Shown here: positions 31,743 through 43,332 of the stretch, in pieces
How positions within the stretch are numbered: position 1 is the stretch's first letter
How the letters are laid out: every line of letters starts with the position of its first letter
Source: an uncultured delta proteobacterium
Lineage (GTDB): Bacteria; Myxococcota; Myxococcia; Myxococcales; Anaeromyxobacteraceae
Direction of reading: 5' to 3'
Length of the DNA: 64,000 nt
NCBI GenBank assembly: GCA_963845515.1
Contig: CAWJSR010000045.1
Coordinates: 32,001 to 96,000, forward strand
Translations under genes and position numbers: made by a program
Notes under the pieces: generated by a model
What the model was told of the DNA's origin: nothing
The model's input: the letters and a program-made list of their open reading frames with translations, nothing else
Databases searched by the model: none

Positions 31743-33665
31743 ATGTCGTCCCGCCTCGCGAAAAGCGCGCTCCTCGTCGGACTGGGAGCAGGGCTGTTCC
31801 AGCTCGCCAGGCTCGGCCTGCTGCTGCGCTACCCGGAGCAGTTCACGGACCTGGCGTGGCACCGGGTCCTCGCCGCGTGGGCGTCGGGGCTCCGCTTCGA
31901 CCTGTCGATCCTCCTGGCGTTCATGGCCCTGCCGCTGGTGGCGCTCAACCTGCCGCTGCGCGTGGCGCTGAGGCCCGGCTGGCAGCGCGCCTGGGGGTGG
32001 GTCGCGTTCGCGCCGCTCGTGGTGCTGGCGCTCATGCTCGGCGGGGACGTCCTCTACTTCGGCCACGTGCAGCGCCACATGGCCGGCGAGCTGCTGACCA
32101 TGGAGAACGACTGGGGGTTCCTGGTCGGCATGGCGCTCGGGCCGGGGCTGGCGGCGCTGCTCGGCGAGACAGTGGGGCTCGTCGCCCTCGCCCTCCTGTG
32201 GCGCCGGATCCTCGCGGCGCCGATCGAGGCGCTCCTGCGGCCCGGCCGCTTCGCGCTGCTCGTGGTGCTGCTCGCCGCAGGCATCCGCGGCTCCCTCGGG
32301 CACAAGCCGATCAACGCGATCGACGCGTTCGGCAGCGGGAGCCAGGCGGAGGCGCAGCTCTCGCTGAACGGCGCGTTCACCGGCATCCGAACGATGATGC
32401 ACGGGCGCGCCGTGAAGACGCGCTTCTTCCCGGACGACGAGGTGCGGCGGATCCTCCGGATCCCGGACGTGGAGTACCCGGTGGAGCGGAGCGTCCCGGC
32501 GCGGGAGTGGCGGCGCAACGTGGTCTTCGTGCTCCTGGAGAGCTGGAGCGAGCGCTACGTGGACGCCTTCGCCCACCGCGGCTACGGCGCGACGCCGCGC
32601 CTGGACGGCCTCGCGGCGGAGGGCGCGAAGTTCACCCGCTTCTACGCCGCTGGCCAGCGAAGCTACGAAGGGCTGCAGGCGACGCTGACCGGGCTGCCGG
32701 CCCTGCCCGGGGTTCCGACGATGACCTCCGGGTTGGCGACCCGCGTCTCCGGCCTCGGCGCGATGGCGCGCGACTCGGGCTACCGCACGATCTTCATGCA
32801 GGCCAGCAAGCGGCGCTCGCTGCGCATGGACGCGATCGCCAGCTCGACCGGCTTCTCCGAGTACTACGGAATGGAGGACATGCCGGTCCTGCTGGACTAC
32901 CCGGACCCCGGCGGCGCGTCGTTCGGGTGGGACTACGAGATGTACCGGCTGCTGCTCCAGAAGCTCCACGGTGAGTCGCGCCCGTTCATCGCCTACCTGT
33001 TCACGGGCACGACCCACACCCCGTACGCGCGCGTCCCCGCGCGCTTCACGACCCGTCCCCACGGCGACGACACCGAGGACGGCTTCCTCAACTCGCTGGC
33101 CTACGCCGACTGGTCCCTGGGCGAGCTGGTGGACGCCGCGCGCGCGGAGCCGTGGTTCGAGAACACGGTCTTCGTCCTCGTCGCCGATCACACCAGGGGC
33201 GAGACGCGCGAGGTCGACTCGTTCGACCAGATCTTCCATGTGCCCCTGGTCGTCTACGCGCCGGGGCTCGTCGAGCCGCGAGTGGACGACACCGTCGGAT
33301 CGCACCTCGACGTCCTGCCCACCCTCGTCGACCTGATGGGCATCGGCGCGACCTACTCCGCGATCGGCTCGAACCTCCTCGCGAAGGACCGGCCCCAGGC
33401 GTCGGCCCAGGTCATGAGCGGCCCGCTGCTCGGGATGATCGGCGCGCACGGCTTCGTGTCGCACACGCTCCGCGGCCGCCTGGAGGGGCACGCCGATCCG
33501 GGCGCGCCTCCAGGCTACCTGGACGAGCTGGAGCGCCGCCTGCTCGCGACCTGCCAGCTCGTCTACTCGCTGCACGACAAGAACCGCTGGGCGTCGCCGC
33601 CACCCGGAGGAGGAGCCCCGCGCGTGGGGGTCGATTCGGCCCCCGCCGGGAGACCCCCGGGCTGA
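31743..33665 (+). CDS. LTA synthase family / sulfatase-fold membrane protein
   Basis: Several N-terminal TMs; NVVFVLLES, TTHTPY, YADWSLG, LVADH. Confidence 0.88.
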   Translation: MSSRLAKSALLVGLGAGLFQLARLGLLLRYPEQFTDLAWHRVLAAWASGLRFDLSILLAFMALPLVALNLPLRVALRPGWQRAWGWVAFAPLVVLALMLGGDVLYFGHVQRHMAGELLTMENDWGFLVGMALGPGLAALLGETVGLVALALLWRRILAAPIEALLRPGRFALLVVLLAAGIRGSLGHKPINAIDAFGSGSQAEAQLSLNGAFTGIRTMMHGRAVKTRFFPDDEVRRILRIPDVEYPVERSVPAREWRRNVVFVLLESWSERYVDAFAHRGYGATPRLDGLAAEGAKFTRFYAAGQRSYEGLQATLTGLPALPGVPTMTSGLATRVSGLGAMARDSGYRTIFMQASKRRSLRMDAIASSTGFSEYYGMEDMPVLLDYPDPGGASFGWDYEMYRLLLQKLHGESRPFIAYLFTGTTHTPYARVPARFTTRPHGDDTEDGFLNSLAYADWSLGELVDAARAEPWFENTVFVLVADHTRGETREVDSFDQIFHVPLVVYAPGLVEPRVDDTVGSHLDVLPTLVDLMGIGATYSAIGSNLLAKDRPQASAQVMSGPLLGMIGAHGFVSHTLRGRLEGHADPGAPPGYLDELERRLLATCQLVYSLHDKNRWASPPPGGGAPRVGVDSAPAGRPPG

Positions 33666-33666
33666 C

Positions 33667-35091
33667 TCAGAGGTAGGGGGAGAAGAGCCGGGCGATGCCG
33701 TCGCGGAGCCGGATCGGGAGCGCCCGGCCGTCGACCTCGGCCAGCGTGACGGGGCGCGCGCTGGCGATCCGCGCCCCGATCAGCGAGTCGATCTGTCCCG
33801 CGAGCGCCTGGTCGTAGCACTCGACGTCGAGCTCGAAGTTCAGCCGAAGGCTGCGGGGATCCCAGTTGGACGAGCCGAGGAGCGACCAGCACCCGTCGAT
33901 CACCATCATCTTCGAGTGGTCGAACGGCGGCGGCGAGAGCCAGACCCTGCAGCCCTGCTGCAGGACCTGCCAGAGCTGCGCGGTCTGCGCCCAGCCGACG
34001 ACCGGGAGGTTCGACCGCTCCGGCAGGACTATGTCCACCTCGACGCCGCGGAGCGCGGCCGCGTCGAGGGCCAGCACCAGCGCCGGGTCGGGGAGGAAGT
34101 AGGGGGTCACGATCCGGATCGAGGATCGCGCCGCGCTCAGCGCGCCGAAGAGGAGCCACCTGATCGTCTCGAAGTCCTCGTCCGGGCCGTCGGGGATGGC
34201 CCGGCCCATGACGGTCCCTGGGCTCTGGAGCCCGGGGAAATACTCGACGCCGTCGAGGAGCTCGCCGGTGGCGAAGCGCCAGTCCTCGGAGAAGGCGCTC
34301 TGGATCTGCGCCACGAGCGGCCCCACCACCTTCAGGTGGAGATCCTGGTACGCCGCCGGCCTGGAGGCGCTCGTCGCGAACTCGTCGCGGATGTTGAAGC
34401 CGCCGGTGAAGCCCACCTTGCCGTCGGCGACCAGCACCTTGCGGTGGTTGCGGAGGTTCAGCGTGGGGAGGAGCCACGCGCTGATGCGCGGGAGGAAGAG
34501 GGCGACCGGGACGTCGGCCTTCCGCAGGGCCGAGTGGGCGGGCGGCCACGCGTAGCGCGCGCCCACCGCGTCGACCAGGACGCGGACCTGCACCCCGCGC
34601 CAGCGGGCGCGCGTCAGGGCGCCGATGAACGCGTCGCCCACCGTCCCCCGGTCGAAGATGTACGTGGAGAGCGTGACGGTCCGCTCGGCGGCGTCGATCG
34701 CCGAGAGCATCGCAGGGTAGGCCTCGTCGCCACCGGGCAGGAGCGTGATCCGGGAGCCGGTCACCAGCGGGTTGCGGACGATCTTGTCCCCGAACTGCGC
34801 GAGCCGGTCCAGGTGGTGCGCGGCCGGCGGGAGCCGGAGCGGCTGGAGCGGCGGCTCCGCCGGGCGGGCCCGCAGCCCTCCGGGACCCAGCGCCAGCGCG
34901 CGCCGCCGGATCCGGTTCACGCCCAGGAGGAAGTACGCGGTGGCGCCGAAGGCCGGGGTCAGGAGGATCACCGCGACCCAGCCGATGGCGGCCCGCACGT
35001 CCCGTTTGTGCAGGATGGCGTGGCCCGCGGCGGCGAGCGAGGCCGCCAGGATGACGGCGCCTGCGATGACGCTCAACTGGTCGAGGGGCAC
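33667..35091 (-). CDS. cls: Cardiolipin synthase (phospholipase D family)
   Basis: Two HKD motifs ([17 protein letters not shown]), [15 protein letters not shown]. Confidence 0.92.
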   Translation of the reverse strand: MPLDQLSVIAGAVILAASLAAAGHAILHKRDVRAAIGWVAVILLTPAFGATAYFLLGVNRIRRRALALGPGGLRARPAEPPLQPLRLPPAAHHLDRLAQFGDKIVRNPLVTGSRITLLPGGDEAYPAMLSAIDAAERTVTLSTYIFDRGTVGDAFIGALTRARWRGVQVRVLVDAVGARYAWPPAHSALRKADVPVALFLPRISAWLLPTLNLRNHRKVLVADGKVGFTGGFNIRDEFATSASRPAAYQDLHLKVVGPLVAQIQSAFSEDWRFATGELLDGVEYFPGLQSPGTVMGRAIPDGPDEDFETIRWLLFGALSAARSSIRIVTPYFLPDPALVLALDAAALRGVEVDIVLPERSNLPVVGWAQTAQLWQVLQQGCRVWLSPPPFDHSKMMVIDGCWSLLGSSNWDPRSLRLNFELDVECYDQALAGQIDSLIGARIASARPVTLAEVDGRALPIRLRDGIARLFSPYL

Positions 35092-35155
35092 GCGCCTTGG
35101 AGTGAAGCACCGTCTCACCCCTTTAGTCGAGGGCGGCGCGGTATGCTCCCCATCC

Positions 35156-36571
35156 ATGGCGCGGATCCTGGTCGCCGACGACAACGACGCGATGCGTGAC
35201 GGGATGGTCCTCTCCCTCACGCGGCTCGGCCACGACGTCCAGGGGGTCAAGGGCGGGGCGGAGGCCATCGCCGCCTACCGGAAGCGCCCGTCCGACGTCG
35301 TGGTGACCGACCTGCGGATGGTCCCGGTCGACGGGATCGAGGTCGTGCGGCGGCTCCGCGAGCTGGACGCCGAGGCGACGGTGCTCGTCGTCTCGGCGCA
35401 CGGGACCATCGGCGCGGCCGTCGACGCGATGCGCGAGGGGGCGATGGACTTCATCGAGAAGCCCTTCCCGCCAGAGGTGCTCCGCGCGCGCGTCGAGAAG
35501 GCGATCGAGATCGCCCGTGAGCGGCGCGTCGCCCGGACCGTCCGTGGGCGGGCCGAGGCGCTGGACGCCGACCGCGCGCGGGAGAGCGATCCCGCGGGGC
35601 TCGTCGGCGGCTCCGAGCCGATGCGCCGGGTCATGGATCAGCTGCGGAAGATCGCGGCGTCGGACACGACGGTGCTGGTGCTGGGCGAGTCGGGCACCGG
35701 CAAGGAGCTGGTCGCGCGGGCGCTCCACGCGCAGGGGCCGCGGCACGACGGGCCGTTCGTCTCGGTCTCCTGCGCCGCCATCCCCGAGGGGCTGCTGGAG
35801 AGCGAGCTCTTCGGCCACGAGAAGGGCTCCTTCACGGGCGCCATCCGCCGCAAGCTCGGGCGCTTCGAGCTGGCCCACGGCGGCACGCTCTTCCTCGACG
35901 AGGTCGGCGAGATCCCGCCGGCGATCCAGGTGAAGCTCCTGCGCGTGCTGCAGGAGCGCCGGTTCGAGCGCGTGGGCGGCGAGGAGACCATCGACGTCGA
36001 CGTCCGCGTCGTCTCGGCGACCAACCGCGACCTCAAGGCCATGGTCGAGACCGGCGGGTTCCGCGAGGATCTCTACTACCGGCTGGCCGTCCTGCCGGTG
36101 ACCCTCCCGCCCCTGCGCGACCGCACCGGTGACGTCGAGGAGCTCGCGCACTTCTTCATAAGGAAGCTCTCGCCGCGCGTCGGGCGGCGCGTGACCGGCT
36201 TCACCCCGGAGGCGCTCGCGCTCCTGAACGCGCACCGCTGGCCCGGGAACGTCCGCGAGCTGGAGAACGTCGTCGAGCAGGCGCTCGTCTTCGCCGAGGC
36301 GGCGCTGATCGGGCCCGAGGACCTCCCGGACGGGCTGCGGGCCGGCCCGCGCGCGGCGGCGGTCGAGCTGCCCACCGGCGACCGGACCCTGACGGACGTG
36401 CTCGAGGACCTGGAGCGCCAGCTGATCCTCGCCGCGTGGGACAAGGCGAAGGGAGTGAAGGCGGAGACCGCCCGGCTCCTGGGGATCAAGCCGAGCGCGC
36501 TGTACTACAAGCTGGAGAAGTACGGGATCGCCAGGGGGGACGAGGGGGGCGGGGACGTGGAGGGGCAGTAA
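35156..36571 (+). CDS. Sigma54-dependent response regulator (NtrC/Fis family)
   Basis: [34 protein letters not shown], Fis HTH. Confidence 0.95.
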   Translation: MARILVADDNDAMRDGMVLSLTRLGHDVQGVKGGAEAIAAYRKRPSDVVVTDLRMVPVDGIEVVRRLRELDAEATVLVVSAHGTIGAAVDAMREGAMDFIEKPFPPEVLRARVEKAIEIARERRVARTVRGRAEALDADRARESDPAGLVGGSEPMRRVMDQLRKIAASDTTVLVLGESGTGKELVARALHAQGPRHDGPFVSVSCAAIPEGLLESELFGHEKGSFTGAIRRKLGRFELAHGGTLFLDEVGEIPPAIQVKLLRVLQERRFERVGGEETIDVDVRVVSATNRDLKAMVETGGFREDLYYRLAVLPVTLPPLRDRTGDVEELAHFFIRKLSPRVGRRVTGFTPEALALLNAHRWPGNVRELENVVEQALVFAEAALIGPEDLPDGLRAGPRAAAVELPTGDRTLTDVLEDLERQLILAAWDKAKGVKAETARLLGIKPSALYYKLEKYGIARGDEGGGDVEGQ

Positions 36572-36605
36572 AGCGGTCTCGCCGCGGTAAGATGGCGGCA
36601 GTTCG

Positions 36606-37238
36606 ATGATCTTCGCCGCCCTCGCTCTCCTGCTCGCCGCCGCTCCCGTCGCGGACCCAACGCGCGCCGAGCTCGACCGGGTCGCGTCCCGGATCGAGCT
36701 GTTGAAGGGGCGGCAGCTCGCGGGGGAGGACGTGGCGCTCGAGCTGGAGCGGCTCCTCGTCCGCGCGCAGGAGCTCGCGCAGCGGATCGAGCAGGAGCGG
36801 TCCCGCCGCGGCGCCGCGCTGCCGCCGCCGGTGTCGCCCGGCCTGCCTCCCGAGGAGCTGAAGGAGCGGGCGGACGCCCTGCGCGACGAGTCGGACAGGA
36901 TAGCGATGCAGCTCCGCGAGCTGGACGGGCGCATCGACGCCGTGCGGCGTGAGCGGCGGGTCGAGGCGGGGCTCGAGTCGCTGGCGCAGGAGCGCTCCCT
37001 CTTCGGCGAACCCGGGCCCCGCCGCGCCTCCTCCGACGGCGAGCGCGGGGCGCAGCCGGAAGTCCTCATCGGCCCGGGCGCGGGCGGAAGCACCGACGAG
37101 ACGAGCCAGGGCACGGCGCTGCAACGGATCGACCGGCTTCGCGCCGAGCGGGCACGGCTCGCTGCCCGGCAGGCGGTGGTGGACGCCGAGGCCGCAAGGC
37201 TCGACGCCGAGGCCCGGCGAACCGCTGGAGTACGGTAG
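36606..37238 (+). CDS. Secreted coiled-coil hypothetical protein
   Basis: Signal peptide; heptad-rich E/R/L/A sequence. Confidence 0.65.
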   Translation: MIFAALALLLAAAPVADPTRAELDRVASRIELLKGRQLAGEDVALELERLLVRAQELAQRIEQERSRRGAALPPPVSPGLPPEELKERADALRDESDRIAMQLRELDGRIDAVRRERRVEAGLESLAQERSLFGEPGPRRASSDGERGAQPEVLIGPGAGGSTDETSQGTALQRIDRLRAERARLAARQAVVDAEAARLDAEARRTAGVR

Positions 37239-37269
37239 AACGCACACACACCGAGAGAAGAAGACCACC

Positions 37270-38295
37270 GTGCGCAACCTCACCCTACGAACCCTGGCGA
37301 CGCTCCTCTCCTTCGCCCCCGGCGCCGCCCTCGCGGTCGAGCCGGCGCTTCACGCCGAGGCGACGCTCGGCTTCGACACCAACCCGCTCCGGGAGGCCGA
37401 GGTGAAGCCGGGGTTCTACCCGTTCCTCGGCGCGATCGTCGACGCCGGCCTGGCGCACGGCGGCGAGCAGACGCGCCTGCGCGCCGCGTTCACGGAGGGG
37501 GCGCGGCTCCACCCCACCGCGCCCGACGCCGACCTCCTGGCGACTCGCGTCGACCTCTCCGGTGCGTGGGCGTCCGGGGACCAGGGCGAGGTGGGGGCGA
37601 CGCTCGCGTTCCGCGACATCTCCCAGCGGGGCGGCGTGCGGAGCGAGACCGGTGGGAGCCTCCGGATCGACACGCGGGTCCGGCTGGCCCGCTTCGACGT
37701 GGAGTCCGGCGCCGGGCTCTCGGCGCTCTACCCGCGCACGAGCCGGCTCGAGGACTTCGCCTCGATCGGACCCGACGCCGGGATCGAGCTCGGGTTCACG
37801 CCGGCCCCACGGCAGCGGGTGCGCGCCGGATGGGAGCTGCGCATCCGCAATCACCCCAAGTGGAGCGAAGAGCGCTGGGACTGGGCCAACGCGCTGGTCG
37901 TGGACTGGAGCCGGCGCGGCTCCCCGATCGTGGGCGGAGGCGTCGAGCTTACGTGGAACCAGTCGACCGTGCCCGGCAACGCCTACTTCCGCAACCGGCT
38001 CTGGGCCCGCGCCGCCGGTGAGCTGCCGTGGGACGTGACGCTCGCCGTGCTCGGCTCGCTCCAGTGGTCGAACTACCCGGGGGGGGTCGCGAAGGACGGC
38101 GAGCGGCTGCTCGCCGAGAACGACGAGAGCGAGAACGCGCTGGAGCTGCGCCTCTCGCGCCCGCTGTGGCGCGACTTCGAGGCGGTGCTGAAGCTGGCGG
38201 CCTACGGCGGCGAGTTCTCGCGCGGCGACGGGGGCATTCGCCAGGGGTACAAGCGCCAGGTGGTCCAGCTCTCGATCGGCTGGAGGCCGGAGTAG
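37270..38295 (+). CDS. Putative outer-membrane beta-barrel protein
   Basis: Signal peptide, GFDTN near the N-terminus, alternating strands, C-terminal QLSIGW beta-signal-like end. Confidence 0.65.
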   Translation: MRNLTLRTLATLLSFAPGAALAVEPALHAEATLGFDTNPLREAEVKPGFYPFLGAIVDAGLAHGGEQTRLRAAFTEGARLHPTAPDADLLATRVDLSGAWASGDQGEVGATLAFRDISQRGGVRSETGGSLRIDTRVRLARFDVESGAGLSALYPRTSRLEDFASIGPDAGIELGFTPAPRQRVRAGWELRIRNHPKWSEERWDWANALVVDWSRRGSPIVGGGVELTWNQSTVPGNAYFRNRLWARAAGELPWDVTLAVLGSLQWSNYPGGVAKDGERLLAENDESENALELRLSRPLWRDFEAVLKLAAYGGEFSRGDGGIRQGYKRQVVQLSIGWRPE

Positions 38296-38321
38296 AGGCC
38301 GACGCAGGATCGCGGCTGCGC

Positions 38322-38828
38322 TCAGGTCGCCTTCGGGGCCGTGCGGCGCGCCTCCTGCGCCTCCAGCCACGCGTCGAACGCGGCGGACGGCACCGGCATC
38401 GCCAGCCACGTCGCGATGACCTGGCCGTTCGCGAGCGGCGTCGCGTGCTCGACGCCGGGGACGAGCTGCACCTTCCCGCGCGTGGCGAAGGCCCTGTCTG
38501 GCAGCCAGAGTGAGTAGTCGAGGGCGATGTCCCCGGAGGGCTCGCGCGTCGCCTCGACGCGGAAGGCCACGCGGACGTCGTCGGGCCGGAGCGGGTCGTG
38601 GAGGACCAGCTCGGCGCGCCGCCCCTGCGGAGCGATGAGGCGCGGCCGCGCGATGAGGGCGCCGTCGCCGTCGTAGAGCTCCAGGGCCACCAGCTGTCCG
38701 GCGGAGCCGACCTCACGGTCCGCCTTGGCGCGCTCGACCGCGGCGTGAGTGCGGACCGCGACCTCGGCGGACCCACCGCCGAACAGGAAGGCACCTACGA
38801 GGAGAGCGATGAGCCGGAGTGGTTTCAT
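38322..38828 (-). CDS. Exported hypothetical protein
   Basis: [19 protein letters not shown]-terminus; GC3-biased ORF. Confidence 0.65.
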   Translation of the reverse strand: MKPLRLIALLVGAFLFGGGSAEVAVRTHAAVERAKADREVGSAGQLVALELYDGDGALIARPRLIAPQGRRAELVLHDPLRPDDVRVAFRVEATREPSGDIALDYSLWLPDRAFATRGKVQLVPGVEHATPLANGQVIATWLAMPVPSAAFDAWLEAQEARRTAPKAT

Positions 38829-38846
38829 GGAGGTTCCGGAAAGTCG

Positions 38847-38862
38847 TGCAATGTCCGTGCCT
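38847..38862 (-). promoter_or_regulatory. sigma54 promoter
   Basis: AGGCACGGACATTGCA, near-consensus GGCAC-N5-TTGCA. Confidence 0.75.
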
Positions 38863-39012
38863 TGTATCACGTCTTGGGATTCCGGGGGCTTCGGCCGGCA
38901 GGAAACGCGTCCCCGACGTCAGTCCTTCACACGACCGTGGCAGATCTGTCGACTCCTATCCCCGCCGTGGCGCCCTCGCCACCCGCAATACCGGCGCGCT
39001 ATAGGTCCATGG

Positions 39013-40450
39013 ATGAGCGCTGCCCTCGAACGCCGGCTCGCGAAGCTCCAGTCCATTCTAGAGGTCGCGAAGGCGATGACGGTCGAGCGGAACCTCGACC
39101 GGCTGCTCGCCCTGATAAACGACGAGGCGGCGAAGGTGGCCGAGGCGGACCGCTGCAGCATCTTCCTCGTGGATCCCGAGCGCGCGCAGCTCTGGAGCAA
39201 GGTGGCGCACGGCACGCAGGAGATCAGGATCGAGCTGGGCACGGGGATCGCCGGGGCCGTGGCCGCCCGCGGCGAGGTGGTCCGCATCGCCGACGCGTAC
39301 GCTGACCCCCGCTTCAACAAGGCGGTCGACGCGGGGACGGGCTACCGGACGCGGTCGATCCTCTGCGTCCCCATGTGGAACACGAAGCGCGAGGTGGTCG
39401 GCGTCCTCCAGGCGCTCAACCGGCGCGACGGAGCCTTCACCGAAGAGGACGCGGAGCTGCTCGTCGCGCTCGGCGGCCAGGCGGCCAGCGCCGTGGAGAA
39501 CGCGCTGCTCAACGAGGAGATCGAGCGGCTCTTCGAGGGGTTCGTGAAGGCCTCGGTGCTCGCCATCGAGCAGCGGGACCCGACCACCGCCGGCCACTCC
39601 GGCCGCGTCGCGACGCTGACGGTCGGGCTCGCCCATGCGGTGGAGAAGGCTCCACCACCCGAGTGGCGCGACGCCCGGTTCGACGCTGCCGCGATCCAGC
39701 AGCTCCGGTACGCCGCGCTCCTGCACGACTTCGGCAAGGTGGGCGTGCGAGAGCACGTCCTCGTCAAGGCCGACAAGCTCTACCCGCAGGAGCTGGAGAT
39801 CCTGCGCGCGCGCTTCGACGTCATCCGCGTCCAGCTCGAGCGCGAGGGGTTGCAGCACCGGCTCGAGGGGCGTGAGCCTGCCGGCGTGGCCGACCGGATC
39901 GCCGAGCTCGACCGGTTCTGGGAGATCCTCGTCGCCGCGAACCGCCCCACCGTCCTCCCCGCAGAGGCCTCGGCGGCGCTCGGGGAGATCTCGAAGCGCT
40001 CCTTCGTCGACCCTCGCGGCGAGCGGCGCCCGTACCTGACCGAAGGCGAGCTCGGGATCCTCTCCATCCCGAAGGGCTCGCTCTCCGACGCCGAGCGGCT
40101 GGAGATCGAGAGCCACGTCACCCACACCTTCAACTTCCTGCGAGCAGATCCCCTGGACCCGCGCCCTGAGGCGCGTGCCGGAGATCGCGTACGGCCACCA
40201 CGAGAAGCTCGACGGGAGGGGCTATCCCCGCCGCGTCCCCGGCTCCGGGATCGCGGTCGAGACGCGGATGATGACCATCAGCGACATCTACGACGCCCTC
40301 ACGGCGAGCGACCGTCCCTACAAGAAGGCGATGCCGGTGGAGCGGGCGCTCGACATCCTGAGGGACGAGGCGAAGCGAGGGCAGGTGGACGCCTCCCTCC
40401 TCGACGTGTTCGTCGGCGCCGGCGTCTGGAGGGAGACGGTCAGGTCGTGA
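39013..40450 (+). CDS. GAF + HD-GYP cyclic-dinucleotide phosphodiesterase, +1 frameshift near 40141
   Basis: GAF ([10 protein letters not shown]), [35 protein letters not shown]. Confidence 0.9.
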
Positions 40451-41116
40451 AGGCTGCCGCCCCGGGGCAGCGACTCCCGCGGGCGTTCTACGCGCGCGAC
40501 GCGAGGACCGTCGCGCGGGCGCTGCTCGGCAAGGTGCTGGTCCGGATCGACGGCGGCGTCCGCCGGGCGGCCCGGATCGTCGAGACCGAGGCCTACCACG
40601 GCGTCCGCGACGGGGCGTCCCACGCCCGCTTCGGCCCGACGAAGCGGGCGCGCGTCATGTTCGGGCCACCCGGCGTCGCCTACGTCTACCTGATCTACGG
40701 GACGTCCCACTGCATGAACGTCGTGACCGGGCGCGAGGGGGAGCCCTCCGCGGTGCTGATCCGGGCGGCCGAGCCGATCGAGGGCTGCCTCCACTCGACG
40801 CGTGGTCCGGGCAACCTGTGCCGGGCGCTCGGGATCCGGCGGGAGGCGGACGACGAGCGCGATCTCTGCGGCGCGCGGCTCTTCGTCGAGGACGGGCCGC
40901 GTCCGCGCGAGCGCGTCGTCCGGACACCGCGGGTGAACGTCCACTACGCCGGGCCGTGGGCCGAGAAGCCCTGGCGGTTCGTGCTCGAGGGGAGCGAGTG
41001 GGCGACGCGGCCGCCGAAGGGGGCGTTCGCTCGTGGTCAAAGGCTCGGGGCGCGCCCGCGAGCGGAGGCTCCAGACGGCCACGATCCGGATCAGGTCCGG
41101 CGCCGCGACCCGGTAG
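40447..41116 (+). CDS. mpg: DNA-3-methyladenine glycosylase (MPG/AAG); 3' end uncertain, overlaps parE
   Basis: LLGKVL, IVETEAY, YVYLIYG, AVLIRA, GPGNLC, PWRF. Confidence 0.88.
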
Positions 41117-41334
41117 TAGACGTGATACCGAGTCTCGGGCATCAGGAGGCGGCGGTGCTGGCGCTCGGCCATTGCCTGGTACGCGCTGCCGATTCGTGGA
41201 AAGGCCCTGATCCGGTCGAGTGCCTGGCGCAACTCCACCTCGAACAGGTCAGGAGAGTCAGGGCGGTTCTCGTGCCACCAGCGCGCACATCGCTCCGCTT
41301 CGCGGAGTGCGCGTGGGGCGACTTCGATCCTCAA
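41037..41334 (-). CDS. ParE/RelE-family toxin, +1 frameshift near 41068
   Basis: [33 protein letters not shown]; removing one base gives [11 protein letters not shown] stop. Confidence 0.8.
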
Positions 41335-41561
41335 CGGATCGCCCGCAGCCGCGACCAGAGCCGTCCTCGCCGACGCCCTTCCCGGCGTCGAGCTCGACTC
41401 TCGGCTTCGGTGAGCGCGGCGTGAAGCCTGGCGCGCTCGGCGTCGTCGAGGTCGTCGTCGTCGACGAGCGCCACCCGGACCTCGGCCCCATCGGGCAGAT
41501 CGGTCGGTTCGTCGAGCAGGAGACGGCCGCCCTTCACGTGTGCCTTGAGGGCTCGGTTCAT
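41331..41561 (-). CDS. Cognate antitoxin (beta-strand N-terminus, acidic C-terminus)
   Basis: [45 protein letters not shown]; 4-nt overlap with the toxin; TATGAT 7 nt before ATG. Confidence 0.75.
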   Translation of the reverse strand: MNRALKAHVKGGRLLLDEPTDLPDGAEVRVALVDDDDLDDAERARLHAALTEAESRARRREGRRRGRLWSRLRAIR

Positions 41562-41662
41562 GACGTTCATCATACCGATTCCCATCCGGCGCCGCAGCCT
41601 CGGCCCCCGCCGAGCGTCACGCGAAGCCACCACTCCGGGTGGACCTCCGTTAGGATGGGCCG

Positions 41663-42229
41663 GTGACCGTCAGGACCTCTCTCGGCCGCGTCGCCACGAC
41701 CCTGTTCGCCATCGCCGTGGCCCTCCCGGTGCTGGCTGAAGGCCGCTCCGGGCATTCATCACGGAAGGCAAGCCCGGACCGAACATGGAAGGAGCACGAA
41801 GCGGGATGGATGAGCGTCAAGCTTCCCCCCGGCTGGACCTTCGAAGCGAAGGTGGATGGGGGCGCTTGCCCGCTCGCCCACGTGCTGCTGGAGGACGGCG
41901 CCGGCGCGTGGGTCTTCTTCGGGCTCGACATGGAGTGCGGCGGGGAGTGGAACGACGGCCAATGGAAGATCCGGTTGGGGGATGACGGGCGCGTCGTCGT
42001 CACCGACGCACCGGCACCCCGGGAATGCAGGACCGAGATTGACATGCCTCCGGAGTGTGGACACGTCGACTACCTCATCGCCGCGGGGTCGCGGTTCGCT
42101 GGGACACGCTACCTCACGGTCGAAGTTGGCCACCGGAAGCGGCGGAATCCGAAGGACCTTCGGGTCCTCAGGGCCATCGTGGAGTCCGCGCTGGTGCGCC
42201 CACAGCGCCTGCCTGCCCCGTCCCACTAG
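41663..42229 (+). CDS. Secreted hypothetical protein
   Basis: Signal peptide, four Cys; TAGGAT 6 nt before GTG. Confidence 0.55.
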   Translation: MTVRTSLGRVATTLFAIAVALPVLAEGRSGHSSRKASPDRTWKEHEAGWMSVKLPPGWTFEAKVDGGACPLAHVLLEDGAGAWVFFGLDMECGGEWNDGQWKIRLGDDGRVVVTDAPAPRECRTEIDMPPECGHVDYLIAAGSRFAGTRYLTVEVGHRKRRNPKDLRVLRAIVESALVRPQRLPAPSH

Positions 42230-42303
42230 TAACGAGCGTGCCACCCGCCGCTCGCCCGGGGGCGGCTTGCCGGATCGCGCGGCGCGCCCTAGTCTCCGCG
42301 CGC

Positions 42304-43332
42304 GTGCTCCACCTCGCCGGACAGGACAGCGCGGCCCTCGCCGCGGCCGCCGGGATCACGCTCGCCGACGCGCGGCGGATCCTCGGCGCCGTCGTCGGGC
42401 GCCAGCGTCCGCTCCGGGAGGCTCGCAACGTCCGGCGCGAGGTGCTCGACAAGGTCGAGGCGCTCGCGTCGCGTGACCAGCTGCGCGAGGTCGAGCGGGT
42501 GGACGCGAAGGACGGGTTCCGGCGCTACCTCTTCGAGCTGCCCGACGGCGAGCGGATCGAGTCGGTCCGGATCCCGCTCTTCGACACGCATCACTCGGTC
42601 TGCCTCTCCTCGCAGGTGGGCTGCGCCCTCGGCTGCGCCTTCTGCGCCACCGGCCGGATGGGGCTCGCCCGGAACCTCGCCTCCTGGGAGATGGTCGCGC
42701 AGCTCCTCCACGTGCGGAGCGACAGCCAGCGGCCGGTGAAGGGCGCGGTCTTCCAGGGGCAGGGGGAGCCGTTCCACAACTACGACGCAGTCATCGCGGC
42801 GGCGTACGCGCTCTGCGACCCGGCGGGCGCGCGCGTGGACGCGCGCCGGATCACGATCTCGACCGCCGGCGTCATCCCGGCGATCCGGCGCTTCACCGCC
42901 GAGGGGCACAAGTTCCGGCTCACGGCCTCGCTCAACGCCGCGATCCCCGAGAAGCGCGCCGCGCTGATGCCGGTGGAGCGCGGGCAGCCGCTGGAGGAGC
43001 TGGTCGACGCGCTCCACGAGCACGCGGCGAAGACCGGCCGGGTCAACGTCTCGTACGTGATGATCTCGGGCTTCAACGTCGGCGACGAGGACGCCGCGGC
43101 GCTCGGCCGGCTGCTGCGCGGCCTCCCGCTCCGGCTCAACCCGATCGCGGTGAACGACGACAGCGGCAGGTTCAGCCCGCCCGGCGAGCAGGAGTGGAAC
43201 GCGTTCCGCGACGCGCTCGCGCGCGAGCTGCCTGGCCAGCCGATCGTCCGGCGCTACTCGGGCGGCCAGGACGAGCACGCGGCCTGCGGGATGCTGGCGG
43301 CGCGATCGGCGGGCGTTGCCCCCTCACCCTGA
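42304..43332 (+). CDS. RlmN/Cfr-like radical SAM methyltransferase paralog
   Basis: [19 protein letters not shown] (CxxxCxxC), SLNA, C-terminal AACGML. Confidence 0.88.
   Translation: MLHLAGQDSAALAAAAGITLADARRILGAVVGRQRPLREARNVRREVLDKVEALASRDQLREVERVDAKDGFRRYLFELPDGERIESVRIPLFDTHHSVCLSSQVGCALGCAFCATGRMGLARNLASWEMVAQLLHVRSDSQRPVKGAVFQGQGEPFHNYDAVIAAAYALCDPAGARVDARRITISTAGVIPAIRRFTAEGHKFRLTASLNAAIPEKRAALMPVERGQPLEELVDALHEHAAKTGRVNVSYVMISGFNVGDEDAAALGRLLRGLPLRLNPIAVNDDSGRFSPPGEQEWNAFRDALARELPGQPIVRRYSGGQDEHAACGMLAARSAGVAPSP

Noticed and set aside
38749..41424. Apparent GAF-HD-MPG fusion ORF (891 aa)
   Set aside because: Produced by the frameshift near 40141; the HD-GYP gene ends at 40450 with a GTGA overlap onto mpg
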